A DNA stretch of 64,000 nucleotides from Candidatus Latescibacterota bacterium (GCA_965206595.1 OZ242214.1:2208001-2272000), one strand, 5' to 3'. Positions 10,692 through 21,654 are shown, counted from the first letter of the stretch. Numbers and translations: made by a program. The notes: a model not told the origin generated them from the letters alone.

Positions 10692-13367
10692 TCAAAATTC
10701 CGCAAACAGGCGCGTGTACCAGAAGGCACCGTTGTAATCCCAGGGTGTGCTCTCCGGGCGCAGATTGCCTTGGCCCGCAGTCTCCTCAGGTGCTGCTTCG
10801 GGCACCGAATCGAAAATATTCTGCGCCCCCACGCTCAGCTGATAGCGCTCGGCAAAGGCGTAGCCGACTTCGGCATCGACAATGACGCCCCCGTCAAAGG
10901 AATCGAGATCACCGCAACTGTTGTCCTGGAAGCGGCAGGCTTTCCAGGAGCTGAAGTAGCTGGGCCGCAGCATGGCATTCCAAGCGCCCATTTGGTGGCT
11001 GCCGGTGAGCACCAAGCGGTGCTCGGGGTTCATTGCCTCCAGTTCCACCTCGCGCCGGGGCGTCATCAGGGTGAAGTCGATCGGTTCGTCCAAGGGCTTA
11101 CCGAGGAATTCACTGACGGTCCGCACCTGCGAAAAGTCCTCGAGGACGTTCTGAGTCCAGTTGTAGGCGAAATCGACGTGGAACAGGGATTGGGTATCCC
11201 AAGTCCGCGTCCACGACAGCACCAAGTCAATACCTCGGGTGCGGGTGTCAAAGTCGTTGGAGAAGAACTTGACCTCCTGGAGGACGCTGACGCCTTGCAG
11301 GGCTTCCTCTTCGCGGATGATCGCGGCCATTTGATCGGTGATCTTGATATTCCCGGTCAGGGCGATGCGATCCTCGATGGCAATGTCGAAGTAGTCGAGG
11401 GTCAGATCGAAATCATCGGCGAGTTCCACCGCGGTGCCGACCGAAAATCCCACGGACTTTTCCTCGGTCAGTTCTACGCCCCCCAAGGCTGCGGCAATAG
11501 GATGAGTGGGCGGCACCTGCCCCTGCTCGGTCAGACCACCGGTGCCGGAGAAGCCGGTGGTCACGGCACGGAGATTGGCTTGGCCGGGCGACGGAGCGCG
11601 GAACCCAGTGCTGACCGTCGAGCGCAGGTTAACCCGATCGCTAGCCCGCAACAGGGCCGAGAGCTTGCCGTTGAGGGTATTGCCAAAATCGGCATAGAAA
11701 TCCTCGTAGCGCACGGCCGTGCCTAACTGGAGCTGCGGCACCACGTCCGCCTGCATGTCCAAATACAAGGCATAGTTGGGGCGATCCCACTTGCCGGCGT
11801 TATCCGGGTGCAGCCCCTGATAGCCGTTGGAACCGCTGCTGAAGCCTTGGGCGGCAAAGGGGCCCACCACGTAGGAGGCTTCGTCGCCGGCCACGGACTC
11901 GAACGTCTCTTGACGCCATTCCGCACCCCAAGCAATGCCGAGCGGCGAGGCCAAACCACCACCCACTTCCGCTGCATAGGAAAAGTCGAGGTTGGCCGCG
12001 ACTTCGGCCTGGATGTAGTCGCGCGGGCGGAACGACGTGGGCGTATCCGGCCCCAGCGAGGCGTTGATGGTATTGAAGATGAAGAATTCGATGTTGCTGC
12101 GGGCAGCACTGACGCTGGCGTCCCACTTGAGGCCACCGGAGCGGGCGCCGCGCAGGCCGGCTACCAAGCTCACATCGCGGATATCGGCTCCAAAGCGCGG
12201 CGTAAAACCACCGGGAAAGCGCTCGTTGAACAGGAAGAGATCGCCCTGGTACTCATCGACGAAAGCCTGGGCCTCGTCGAAGCTGGACTCCAGAGAGGGC
12301 ACTTCCAAATTCGCGGGATCAATGTCGTCGCTGAGATCGAGATCGACGACGGCCCGCTGATCGCCAATGCGAAATACGCTGCTGCGCGCCGAGGAAGTAC
12401 CTGGAGCACGGAAGAAAAAGCCTCCTTCGGCGCGGCGCTTGGCCCAGCCGCCAAAGCTATAGGCTTCAGCCCCATTGCCGAGGTCAACTCCGGCGTTGAA
12501 GAAGGTGTTCCACACGCCATCGAGGTCGGGGCTGCCCCAAATCTGCGCTGGCTCCTCGACGGGATAGCCCCTCGATCGCAGCGTCGCAGCATTGGCGCGT
12601 TGGCCGCTGCGGATGGTTGGATCGCTCTGGCGGTACTCGACGCTGACGTTGAAAAATCCGTCCTCGGTAAGCGGCAGGCCGACATTGGCGGCCACCTGGG
12701 ACAAGCGGCCGTCGCCCTCGAAATACTGGCCTCCCCGCGTTTCCACCAGCACCCCTTTGGAGGATTCGCGCAAGCGCAGGTTCAGCACCCCGGCGATAGC
12801 ATCGGAGCCGTACTGGGCCGCCGCGCCGTCGCGCAGCAGTTCCATTTGCGTCAAAGCAATGGCCGGGATCACGCTCAAATCCGGCCCTTGCGATCCCGTA
12901 TTGAGCGAACTGCCCAGCAGCGCGATCACGCCGGAGCGATGGCGGCGCTTGCCGTTGACAAGCACCAACAGGTTATCCGGCGGCAGACCCCGCAGCGTGG
13001 CCGGGCGCACCAAGGTTGCTTCGTCGTCAATACCGTGCCGCTGGATATTGTACGACGGGGTCAGGGTGCGCAGCATGTCATCCATATCGACCGCGGCTTG
13101 CGTGCGCAACTCGTCTGCATTCAGCACATCTACGGGCGCGGCCGAGTCCTTCCCCGAGCGCGGCGCATGGCGCGACCCCACGACGATGGCTTCTTCCATC
13201 AGATAGATGTCCTCGGAATAGACCCCCTCCTCGTCCTCTTCCTCCGTCTCAGCCTCCTCGGACCACGCGGCCTGCCCGACGACGAGCGAACCGACGAGGA
13301 CGAGACTCAGAGTCGCCATCCCCAATAGGCGCATTTGACCAGCAGAGTCCTCATATATGCTCCGCAT
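10692..13367 (-). CDS. TonB-dependent outer-membrane receptor
   Basis: Signal peptide, IVVGSR TonB box, plug LVLVNGKRR and LLRDGAAAQYGSDAIAGVLN, C-terminal Phe. Confidence 0.93.
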   Translation of the reverse strand: MRSIYEDSAGQMRLLGMATLSLVLVGSLVVGQAAWSEEAETEEEDEEGVYSEDIYLMEEAIVVGSRHAPRSGKDSAAPVDVLNADELRTQAAVDMDDMLRTLTPSYNIQRHGIDDEATLVRPATLRGLPPDNLLVLVNGKRRHRSGVIALLGSSLNTGSQGPDLSVIPAIALTQMELLRDGAAAQYGSDAIAGVLNLRLRESSKGVLVETRGGQYFEGDGRLSQVAANVGLPLTEDGFFNVSVEYRQSDPTIRSGQRANAATLRSRGYPVEEPAQIWGSPDLDGVWNTFFNAGVDLGNGAEAYSFGGWAKRRAEGGFFFRAPGTSSARSSVFRIGDQRAVVDLDLSDDIDPANLEVPSLESSFDEAQAFVDEYQGDLFLFNERFPGGFTPRFGADIRDVSLVAGLRGARSGGLKWDASVSAARSNIEFFIFNTINASLGPDTPTSFRPRDYIQAEVAANLDFSYAAEVGGGLASPLGIAWGAEWRQETFESVAGDEASYVVGPFAAQGFSSGSNGYQGLHPDNAGKWDRPNYALYLDMQADVVPQLQLGTAVRYEDFYADFGNTLNGKLSALLRASDRVNLRSTVSTGFRAPSPGQANLRAVTTGFSGTGGLTEQGQVPPTHPIAAALGGVELTEEKSVGFSVGTAVELADDFDLTLDYFDIAIEDRIALTGNIKITDQMAAIIREEEALQGVSVLQEVKFFSNDFDTRTRGIDLVLSWTRTWDTQSLFHVDFAYNWTQNVLEDFSQVRTVSEFLGKPLDEPIDFTLMTPRREVELEAMNPEHRLVLTGSHQMGAWNAMLRPSYFSSWKACRFQDNSCGDLDSFDGGVIVDAEVGYAFAERYQLSVGAQNIFDSVPEAAPEETAGQGNLRPESTPWDYNGAFWYTRLFAEF

Positions 13368-13454
13368 AATAAACCCTCCCGAGTTAAGTGCTTGGAGCTG
13401 TTAAACATAGAAAGCCAGGAAAACCCCTATATCATCCATCCTAATTATACAAAA

Positions 13455-13729
13455 GTATAGGTAAAATGAGGCACCTTTTTGGACTCTCGGGTCCAGGCGC
13501 TGAGCGCACCGCTAGGGTCGGGCAGCTCCCTGAGGATCGTTTGCCAGTCCTTCGACCGAGCTCGCAGTACAGTTTGGTTGCCTGTCCGCCCGTATCTGGA
13601 TCAATCCGGGGCCTGAGGGACCGTTGAGGGCACACCCAGCCGTACGCCCGGCGACGGCGACGGGTCGAGAAGGCAGGTCAGGCGGCAAACTCGAACGGCG
13701 GCTGCGAGAGGGGCCGCTCGCGCTCCGGG
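13455..13729 (-). mobile_element. IS91/ISCR-like 3' fragment B with oriIS-like end
   Basis: Minus strand reads ...PPFEFAA stop, then a ~220-bp 3' region ending GCCTCATTTTACCTATAC. Confidence 0.75.
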
Positions 13730-13996
13730 CTATTTGAGCAAGAGTAGCCGCCGCGTCTGCACGCCGCTGGGGTGGTGCAAGCGCACGAAGTAAACCCCCG
13801 TCGCTACTGCAATGCCTCGCTGGTCGCAGGCATTCCAGGGGACTTGATAGAAGCCGGCGGCCTGTACTTGGTTCACCAAGGTATGCACCTGTTGGCCCAA
13901 GACGTTGCAAACCTCCAGTCGCACCGGGCCGGGAGTGGCCAAGCGGTAGGAGATTTGGGTGGTGCTGTTGAAGGGATTGGGGTAATTGGGCTCCAA
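13730..13996 (-). pseudogene. Orphan FlgD-Ig / T9SS-type C-terminal domain fragment
   Basis: NYPNPFNSTTQISY...VRLEV.N.LGQ...GVYFVRL; no N-terminus, flanked by IS fragments. Confidence 0.75.
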
Positions 13997-14004
13997 GCGG
14001 CTGG

Positions 14005-14277
14005 TCCGAAGAGGCCATCGGCACGGCCTTGACCTACCTGCAAAAGCGACTGCACCAGGTCGATTTCGGCAGCCATCGCAAGGGGGGATATCCGATCGAA
14101 TCGGCGCATCGCTTCATCGGCCACGTTCGTCTGAAACGATCCGGCGCCTGGTGGTATAAGGAAAACAGCAACGCCATCCTCGCTCTGCGCTGCGCCCTGT
14201 ACAATGGAACGCTCGACCGGATCTTTCAGCAGTACCGCGAAAACCCTGAACAATCACCAACCGTAACAATCAGCTAA
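14005..14277 (+). pseudogene. ISKra4-like transposase C-terminal fragment
   Basis: IESAHRFIGHVRLKRSGAWW...NAILALRCA motif. Confidence 0.65.
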
Positions 14278-14307
14278 GACAAGACACCCACTCGAAGTCG
14301 CAGAACG

Positions 14308-14633
14308 AAATAGCATCGGATCGAGGCCGGATCGGTCAGGGCGGCGAGGATCCTCAGACGCCCGCCACAGGCCGCGCATTCGCTGAGGTCGGAGGAAAAC
14401 ACCCGCGCCAGCAGGGTCGCCCAGCGCAGCCGATGGCCGCAGGACGCAGCGCTCGCCGAGCCGTCCGCCGCCGCCGGCTCGGCAACCGGCTTGGCCGGCA
14501 CGATGCGGTCGCGGGCACGGGGCGCCAGGACCCCGTGATAGCGTAGGAGATGGAGCCGGGGCGGGGGGACCAGATCCGCGTAGCCGCATGCAGCGAAAAG
14601 CCGCGCGAAGCAAAGCACAAGGGCGCCGTACGC
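14308..14633 (-). mobile_element. IS91/ISCR-like fragment C (internally deleted transposase)
   Basis: GFSLHAATRI, LVPPPRLHLLRYHGVLAP and C..CGGRLRILAALTDP motifs of Y2 rolling-circle transposases. Confidence 0.8.
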
Positions 14634-14713
14634 ACCCCGGTGGCGCGGGCGCGGATCTGGTAGATCGCATCATCGGTCTCGCCGACGATTTCTGCAAAGG
14701 AATCAGTACTCAT
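14634..14713 (-). pseudogene. 5' stub of the gene following rfbB (MSTDSFAEIVGETDDAIYQIRARATG), truncated by the ISCR-like fragment
   Basis: GAGG RBS and ATG just downstream of the rfbB stop. Confidence 0.4.
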
Positions 14714-14795
14714 GTTACCTCGTTATTTTTTCGTTCAGTCCTACCAGCCCTCTTCGCGGACTTGGATCTGTTTTAGCAGGGGACGCCACCAAGCT

Positions 14796-16218
14796 GGCAT
14801 TGTCCCGATCTTAGTTGAAACAGCACAGGCTCCCCTCGCTACCTTGGTACGGGAAGTTTTTTTCCGGAAAACATCAGGTAACAGAAAGGAGCCTGCCATG
14901 AGCAAGCTATCAGGACCCCGGAAGCAGGTCAAACGCAGCCTGGAAATCGGCCCCGTGAATGCGGAGGCCGCCGCCCTTACCGGCGATCTGGATACGCGCA
15001 TCGAGGGGATCCAATGCCTGATTCCTTTGGGTCTGCAAGCCGTCGCCGAGGAACTGCAACGGGCGGTCGAGGAGTTGGCCGGGCCGCGCTATCAGCGCAA
15101 GGGGGCCGAGCAGCCGGTGCGCCGCTGGGGATCTCAGTCCGGATCGGTGTATCTGGGCGATCAGAAACTGAGGGTCGAAGTGCCGCGGGTGCGCAATGTG
15201 GCCAGCCGGACCGAGGTGCCGCTGGCGGCCTACCAGGCCCTGCAGAGGCCCCGGAACCAGGACGAGGGTCTGTTGCTGCGCGTGTTGAAAGGGATCGCCA
15301 CGCGCGACTACGAGGCCTGCGCCGAGGCCGTCCCGGCCGCCTTCGGCCGGTCCGGTTCCTCGGTGTCGCGCCGCTACGTGAAAGGCACGGCGCGAAAGCT
15401 GGCCGAATTCCAGGAGCGATCCCTGGAAGGATACGATCTGGTGGCGCTGTTTCTCGACGGCAAGAGCTTCGCCGACGAAGAAATCCTCATCGCGCTGGGG
15501 GTCACCCTGGACGGACACAAGATTCCGCTGGGCTTCGTGCAGGCGGCCACCGAGAACGAGCGCGTCTGCCGGCGCTTCCTGTCCGATCTGGTCGAACGGG
15601 GCTTGCAGTATGAAGCCGGACTGCTGGTCGTCCTCGACGGCGGCAAGGGACTGTACAAGGCGGTGCGGTCGGTGCTGAAAGGGCATGCCTGCGTGCAGCG
15701 CTGCCAGTATCACAAGCGCCAGAACGTCGTCTCGTATCTGCCCAAGAGCGAGCAGGCCCGGATCCGTTACAAAATGGAAGCGGCCTACGGGCAAGCGACG
15801 TACGAGGAGGCCAAGGCTGCCCTGGAGGCGCTCAAACCGGGCTTGGAGCTGACGAACCAGTCCGCCCTGCGCAGCCTCGAGGAAGGCCTGGAAGAGACCC
15901 TCACCCTGCACCGCTTGGGAGTGATGCCGATGTTGAAGAATTCCTTCCGTACCACCAACTGCATCGAGAACGTCAACGGTCTCCTGGAGCAGTTGACGCA
16001 TAACGTGCGGCGCTGGAGCAACTCATCGCAGCGTCACCGCTGGGTAGCCACGGCGCTGTTGGACATCGAACCGCGTCTGCGCCGGGTCAAGGGCTACCGT
16101 CACTTACCGACGATGCGGCACGCCCTGCAAGGCGAGCTCGGTATCAAACAGCTCGCTATGACGGGCTGATCTATTCAACCGAGCCTGTGCTTTGTTTCAA
16201 CTGAAAATGGGACTTGCC
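14796..16218 (+). mobile_element. IS256 family element
   Basis: Imperfect terminal IRs (gtccc..t..tagttgaaac.gcacaggctc) and 9-bp target duplication CACCAAGCT at 14787-14795 and 16219-16227. Confidence 0.92.
14898..16169 (+). CDS. IS256 family transposase
   Basis: LFLDG, VVLDGGKGL, QRCQYHK and RTTNCIE motifs; AAGGAG RBS. Confidence 0.92.
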   Translation: MSKLSGPRKQVKRSLEIGPVNAEAAALTGDLDTRIEGIQCLIPLGLQAVAEELQRAVEELAGPRYQRKGAEQPVRRWGSQSGSVYLGDQKLRVEVPRVRNVASRTEVPLAAYQALQRPRNQDEGLLLRVLKGIATRDYEACAEAVPAAFGRSGSSVSRRYVKGTARKLAEFQERSLEGYDLVALFLDGKSFADEEILIALGVTLDGHKIPLGFVQAATENERVCRRFLSDLVERGLQYEAGLLVVLDGGKGLYKAVRSVLKGHACVQRCQYHKRQNVVSYLPKSEQARIRYKMEAAYGQATYEEAKAALEALKPGLELTNQSALRSLEEGLEETLTLHRLGVMPMLKNSFRTTNCIENVNGLLEQLTHNVRRWSNSSQRHRWVATALLDIEPRLRRVKGYRHLPTMRHALQGELGIKQLAMTG

Positions 16219-18241
16219 CACCAAGCTTCGTTGTCGCGGTACCAGTGGACGGTATCGCGGAAGCTCTGGGCAAAATCAACTTGCGGTTCCCAACCCAATT
16301 GGATGCGGATTTTGCTTGAATCAAGTAGGTAGCGCCGGTCGTGGCCAGGCCGGTCATCGACATAGGTTTTGTGCCCGGCGTCCATCCCCAAGGCGTCGAG
16401 GATCAGGTCGGCGATGGTTTCGACGTCTTTTTCAATGCCGCTGCCAACGTTGTACGTATGGCCGATCTCGCCTTTTTTCAGCACTAGGTCGATGGCCCGG
16501 CAGTGGTCATCGACGTGGAGCCACTCGCGGCGGTTCTGGCTCGAGAATGTACAACGGCATCTTCTGGCCGGTGAGCAGGCGGACGACGAAGAAGGGGATG
16601 ACTTTTTCCGGGAATTGATAGGGGCCGAAGTTGTTGGAGCAATTCGACAGCGTCACGGGCAAGCCAAAGGTGTGGCCATAAGCGCGCACGGCCAAGTCGG
16701 CCGCAGCCTTGGCCGCGTTGTACGGAGTGCGCGGCCGATAGGGCGATTCCTCGGTGAAGGACTCATCGTAACCGTTCAGTTCCCTGGCAGATTGGGGCCG
16801 GGGGGCGGAATGGTTGCGGGCTGATATTAACGAATGGGGGAGTGGGTTGGAGGCAGCAGCGAGGGCGCCGGCTGCTGAGACACGGCCGCGTCACAGGCCA
16901 TCCTGAGATAGTCGAGGACGTTGCGCTGCTGCTGGCGCAGGGTATCGCGCACCGTGAGCAGGCGCTCTACAAAACGGCTGCCTTCGGCACTGTGGGTACC
17001 GAAGCTGGTGTGACGCCACAACACGCCATGGCGAAGGGCTCGTTCGGCTTCGTTGTTGGTCGGCTCGACGCCGGGCCGGCGTGCGAAGGTCCACAGGGCC
17101 GGCCCGAGGTCGAGGAGATTGGCGCAGGTGGCCGCCGTCTTGGCGTCGGCGAACCGCTGCCCATAGCACAAATGAAAACGAAAGCGCAGACACAAATCGT
17201 CGATATAGTCCTGGAAGCGGGCGCGGGACAGGGTGCCGTCGCGGACTTGATGCCACCAGGTAAACAGCTGCTCGCTGCGGTCCAACAGGTGGTGACCGAC
17301 GCGCCCGGCCTCTCCGCCCCGGGCCACGAACTCCTCGAAGGCGCGCCGCAGATGCGCCCAGCACACTTGCCGGCGTCGAAGCGGCAGATGCCCATAGGCC
17401 GAATAGCGATCGCAGCCGACCACCGCCGTGTTATCCGCACCCAGCATCTCATCGACCCCGTCGCGTCCCCGGCTGGGGCGAATGGAGAATACGGTGACGC
17501 CCTCGGTCACCGCGGTCCACAACCAGGCCTTGGCGCGGGCCCTGGCGCCAGCCGGTCTCGTCGACGTTGACGAGGCCCTGTCGGCGAACGAAGGCGCGCG
17601 CCTCCTCGACCGCACCCGCCAGGGCCGCGGCCACTTCCTGTTCCAGCCGGCTGACCGTACCCAGCGACACCTCGAGGCCGAAGGCGTCGGACAACAGCGC
17701 CCGGATGTTGCGCTTGCTCAGCCGGTAGGCCCCGGCCAGCAGGCCGACCCAGGCCTGCACGCTAGGACCGAAGGTGTGCCGCGATACGCCCTCGGGCCAA
17801 CCGGCTGCGGTCAGGCGGTCGCAGTGAGCGCAGCGCAGGGTGTGCAGCTGATACTCGATGACCTCGGCCCGCAGCGGCGGGAGGACGACTTCCTGGTGAC
17901 GCTGCGGATGAGGATCGTCTCCCGTCAACGGGTGCCCGCATCCGTGGCACTGGCTGGGCTTGACCGGGATCCGTTCGTCCACCTGCTCGACCGATACCCA
18001 CGAGCGGCCGTGTCCTTCGTGCCCGGGCTGTCCGCCCGGCGAGCGCCCCGAGGACCGGCGTCGGGAGGTGTCGGTGCGCGGCGAGGAGGAAGCGCCCGAT
18101 TGCGACGAGGCGGCCCGGGCACCGCGGCGGGATCGCCCCTTGCGGCGGGCCAATTCCTGCTCCAGCTCGGCGATGCGCGCCGTCTGTTGTTCCACGATTT
18201 GCTCGAGCTGGACAATGCGCTGGCGCAGGTCGCTTTCGGAA

Positions 18242-19705
18242 GGGTCTATCCGGGTTTTTCAACGCCGAAACGTAAGTACGGAAAGTACCTGAGCCCTTGC
18301 TGTTCATCTGAGTACATGACCAGGCCATAGGTCGTTCCCTATGCTTGGTGTATCCCCATCAAGCACTCCCCAGGAAAGGGAAGGGAAGGCGACCTATGAC
18401 CGCTATGAAGTTCGTCTCCAAGCTGTTCAAGTTCAAGGGGTTTGGCGCTGTCGACGTGTGCTTCGAAGGACGCGGGGAGGAAGCGGCCGTCGTGGTTGCG
18501 GTGCAGCCCCACAAGAATGGGTGCCGGTGTCCCCAGTGTGGGCGCCGGGGCAAGATCGTACGGATCATGGAGCCCCGCCGCTGGCGCGACGTCCGCGTTT
18601 GCGGCCGTACCGTCTGGTTGTACCACCGCCCTCGAGAGATCCGCTGTCCGACCCACGGCCGGCACGTCGAGGAGGTGCCCTGGGCAGCGCCCTCGGCCCG
18701 GGTCAGCTACCGCTTCGAATACCTGCTGCTGACCTACTGCCAGTGGATGCCGCAGGTCACCGCCGCGCGCTTGCTGGGCCTGGCTCCCTCGACCCTGTCC
18801 GACCAGGTGCACCGGCTCATCGAGCGCCGGCGTACAGGCCATCGCCTCCGCGGGCTGACGACCCTCGGCATCGACGAGATCTCCTACGCCAAGGGCCATA
18901 AATACGCCACCCTGGTCTACGACCTGGAGCGCTCCTGTGTCGTCTGGATCGGCAAGGGCAAGGCCCGCGAAACGATCGATACGTTCTTCCGGGACCATCT
19001 CAGCGCCTTCCGGAAGGCCCGTATCCGCTGGGCCTGCTGCGATATGAGCGAGACCTTCATCGGCGCCATCCGCCAGCACTGCCCCAACGCCCAGCTCGTC
19101 CTGGACCGATTCCACGTCGTCAAGGCCCTCAACGAAGCCGTCGACGAGGTGCGCAAGGAACAGTGGCGGCAAGCCTGCGGCGAGGACCGCAAGCTGCTCA
19201 AGGGCCTGCGCTGGGTGCTGCTGCATCACTCCGCCCGGCGCTCGCCAAAGGACCGGCGCACGCTCCAAACCCTGGAGAAGGCCAACCGCCGCATCTACCG
19301 CGCCTGGCGCCTGAAGGACGAGTTCGAGCACTTCTGGCGCTACAAGGCGCGCTGAGCCGCCGAACGCTTCCTCAAGAAGTGGACGACGGCGGCCCTGCGC
19401 AGCCGCCTGGAGCCCCTGCGCAGGTTCGTCAACACGGTGCGCAAGCATGCGGCCGGCATCACGGCCTTCGTCGACACGCACCTGACCAACGCCGCCGCCG
19501 AAGGGCTCAATCGAATCATCCGCATGGTCAAGAATCGAGCCAGTGGATTTAAATCTCTGGATGCCTTTGCCGACCTCATTTACCTGTGCGTCGGAGACCT
19601 CGATATCCCTGCGCAGATTCCGGCCCGATTCCGTACCGTGTGAATCACTCAATATCTCTCTCTGTACATGCTATAAAATGTCCTTTGAAAAACCCGGATA
19701 TAGCC
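18242..19705 (+). mobile_element. ISL3 family element nested in IS66
   Basis: 21-bp IRs GG(G/C)T(C/A)TATCCGGGTTTTTCAA and 8-bp duplication TTTCGGAA at 18234-18241 and 19706-19713. Confidence 0.92.
18396..19643 (+). pseudogene. ISL3 transposase with an in-frame TGA at 19353-19355
   Basis: CPQCG zinc finger, LGIDE, CCDM, LDRFHV and TNAAAEGLN motifs; the frame continues after the stop. Confidence 0.9.
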
Positions 19706-20427
19706 TTTCGGAAATCGCACTCTCAGGAGGTCTTTTCATGGGGGTCGCCGTATCCGGAGAATCTGCAACACACAACCAATCCCGAAAATACCGACGAACC
19801 CGAAAACTCGCTGGGTATTTCTTTAAATGCGCAAACTACTGCAGGGGGGACTGAACGGTTACGACTCATCTGCATCGAGGGCCAGATCGCCGTACACTTC
19901 GCAGGTGGAAATGTGGTGGAAGCGCGGCACTTGGACATCGGCCGCGGCCTGCAACAGCTTTTGCGTCCCCACTACATTGGTCTGGAAAAAGGCCGAGGGA
20001 TTGACAATGGCTAAGCTGTTGTGCGATTCCGCGGCAAAGTTGACCACGTAGTCGGGGCGGTGGACCTCGAAGAGATGACGGGTTAGATCGGCATTCTGAA
20101 TATCGCCGCGGACAAAGGTGTAACGGTCGCCGTAGCTTGCTTCCACGTCCTGCAGGCTGGCCAAGTTGCCGGCGTAGGTGAGCAGGTCGTAGTTGACAAT
20201 GCAGTCGTCGGGATAGGTCGATAGCCAGTAGCGAATGAAATTGGAGCCGATGAAGCCGGCGCCGCCGGTGACGAACAGGGTAGTCATGGATGCTCTTGGT
20301 TAGGGATTAGGTGCGTGGTCCGTTATTTAATCAATTGTCTAACATTTGGGCGACTCGCAGCCGGGATTTCAGTAAATACCCTTATTACTACCCTTATTCA
20401 AGCATTACTACCCTTTTGATGATACGT

Positions 20428-20848
20428 TCATGGCGAGCGCCGTTTGAACTGCCAGCGTTTTATATCCTCAAATCGGTCAAAGTCCTTATCAAATGTCGCC
20501 ACATGGTCGCCGGAGGCCGTAGCTAGGGCAGCCAAGTAGCAATCCAGAAAGTCGTATTTTGTCGTCGCAAAGCGATGCAAAGCATCGAGCATTTCATCTT
20601 GCTTCATACAGCGTACACCGGCACTAATGATGACCTTACTCAGCCCTTCTGCAATCTGTTCGCGCTCGGTTTCGTAGAAGGAATTGAGCACCCCACACCG
20701 CTTCGGCAACAGCCACTTCGGTTAATATCAGCACACATTTTCCATCGCAAGCGTCCGAAAATAGTGCCCGAGCGGCCGGGGAGTGCTGAGCATCGTCGCC
20801 GCGCAGAAAACGAAGGAGGACGTTGGCGTCTAAAAGATACTTGATCAT
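20428..20848 (-). CDS. PIN-domain (VapC-like) toxin with apparent +1 frameshift near 20694
   Basis: LLDANVLLRFL, VAEAVW, DFLDCYL and ATFDKDF motifs across two frames. Confidence 0.8.
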
Positions 20849-21087
20849 TCGTATCTGGCCGCTCTTGCTTTGCGTGCTGCTCCTCGTTCCTCGGATTTAG
20901 ACGCAGAGGGCTTGTCATCTGCAAGACAGCCATATAGATCCTTGAGCGTTTCGGGCTGGGGTTTCACCAAAACGGCACCGTCAGTCAACTCATAGATGAG
21001 CTGCTGCCGAGGCTTGAGGTGGAGTGCCTTGCGGACTTCGGCCGGGATGGTGGTTTGCCATTTATCGGTTAGAGTTGACTTGATCAC
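20845..21087 (-). CDS. AbrB/MazE-type antitoxin
   Basis: STLTDKWQTTIPAEVRKALHL motif; ATGA overlap with the PIN gene; start could be 21105. Confidence 0.85.
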   Translation of the reverse strand: MIKSTLTDKWQTTIPAEVRKALHLKPRQQLIYELTDGAVLVKPQPETLKDLYGCLADDKPSASKSEERGAARKARAARYE

Positions 21088-21170
21088 GGGTCCATTCCTT
21101 TTCATTGTTTTTATAAATCCATTGTTTTGAATATAACAATGCAAATCCAATCCGCATGGCGTCAACAAGC

Positions 21171-21440
21171 TCAACGATATACTTCACGCCTGTGGCCAAT
21201 CTTCACAATGAGGATGAGAAAGGCATCGTCCTTGATGTGGCTGATTACGCGATAAGCACCCACGCGGTATTTCCAGAATTCGCCTAACTTGGAACCCTTG
21301 AGGGCTTCGCCCATGCTCCGTGGGTCGTCCAGCGTGGCAACACGGTCATGCAAGAATCTTAGAATCCGCCTTGCCGCTTGTCGGTCTATTCTCCTCAATT
21401 CGCGCTCTGCATCCTTGGCAAGCTCAATCTGCCAAGCCAT
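21171..21440 (-). CDS. RelE/ParE family toxin
   Basis: WKYRVGAYRVI...IGHRREVYR motif. Confidence 0.9.
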   Translation of the reverse strand: MAWQIELAKDAERELRRIDRQAARRILRFLHDRVATLDDPRSMGEALKGSKLGEFWKYRVGAYRVISHIKDDAFLILIVKIGHRREVYR

Positions 21441-21654
21441 GCTCTTTCATGACTTTCTCAAGCGGCACGGTCTGAGATTTCCCCTCGTGAATATCCTTCA
21501 GTCGTTGTTCGGCAAGATGCAAGTCTTCGAGGTCGTCCAGATACTCCCGGATAGCCTCAATCATATATTCTGTTTCGCTGCGTCCCGTGCGGGCAGCCAG
21601 TTTTTGCAGCCGTTCAAAGACTGTATCGGGCAACTGAAAAGCTACTCGGCTCAT
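21424..21654 (-). CDS. RHH (RelB/CopG-like) antitoxin
   Basis: RLQKLAARTGRS...EAIREYLDDLED motif; overlaps the toxin start. Confidence 0.88.
   Translation of the reverse strand: MSRVAFQLPDTVFERLQKLAARTGRSETEYMIEAIREYLDDLEDLHLAEQRLKDIHEGKSQTVPLEKVMKEHGLAD

Larger units (their letters stand above)
16827..19739 (-). pseudogene. IS66 transposase (start MKRPPESAISE at 19739, cut off by ISL3; +1 frameshift near 17540)
   Basis: GGQPGHEG, C..CG zinc finger, VDETGW, QVCWAHLRR and PTNNEAERALR motifs. Confidence 0.88.
16768..19862 (-). mobile_element. IS66 family element (single-ORF type), interrupted by ISL3
   Basis: Terminal IRs GTAACCGTTCAGT at both ends; 8-bp duplication GACTCATC at 16760-16767 and 19863-19870. 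Confidence 0.92.
14741..20287 (-). pseudogene. rfbB: dTDP-glucose 4,6-dehydratase split into three pieces (20287-19863, 16767-16219, 14795-14741)
   Basis: VTGGAGFIGSNF, DLLTYAGN, NFAAESH, YNAAK, NNFGPYQFPEK and DRPGHDRRY motifs; the pieces rejoin across the target duplications. Confidence 0.92.

Noticed and set aside
19353-19355. In-frame TGA in the ISL3 transposase as stop-codon recoding
   Set aside because: Many genes here end in TGA and use TGG for Trp; a single TGG-to-TGA nonsense change is simpler.
18231-19717. Inverted repeats around 18242 and 19705 as an invertible switch
   Set aside because: They are the ISL3 terminal IRs, with an 8-bp target duplication; no invertase is present.
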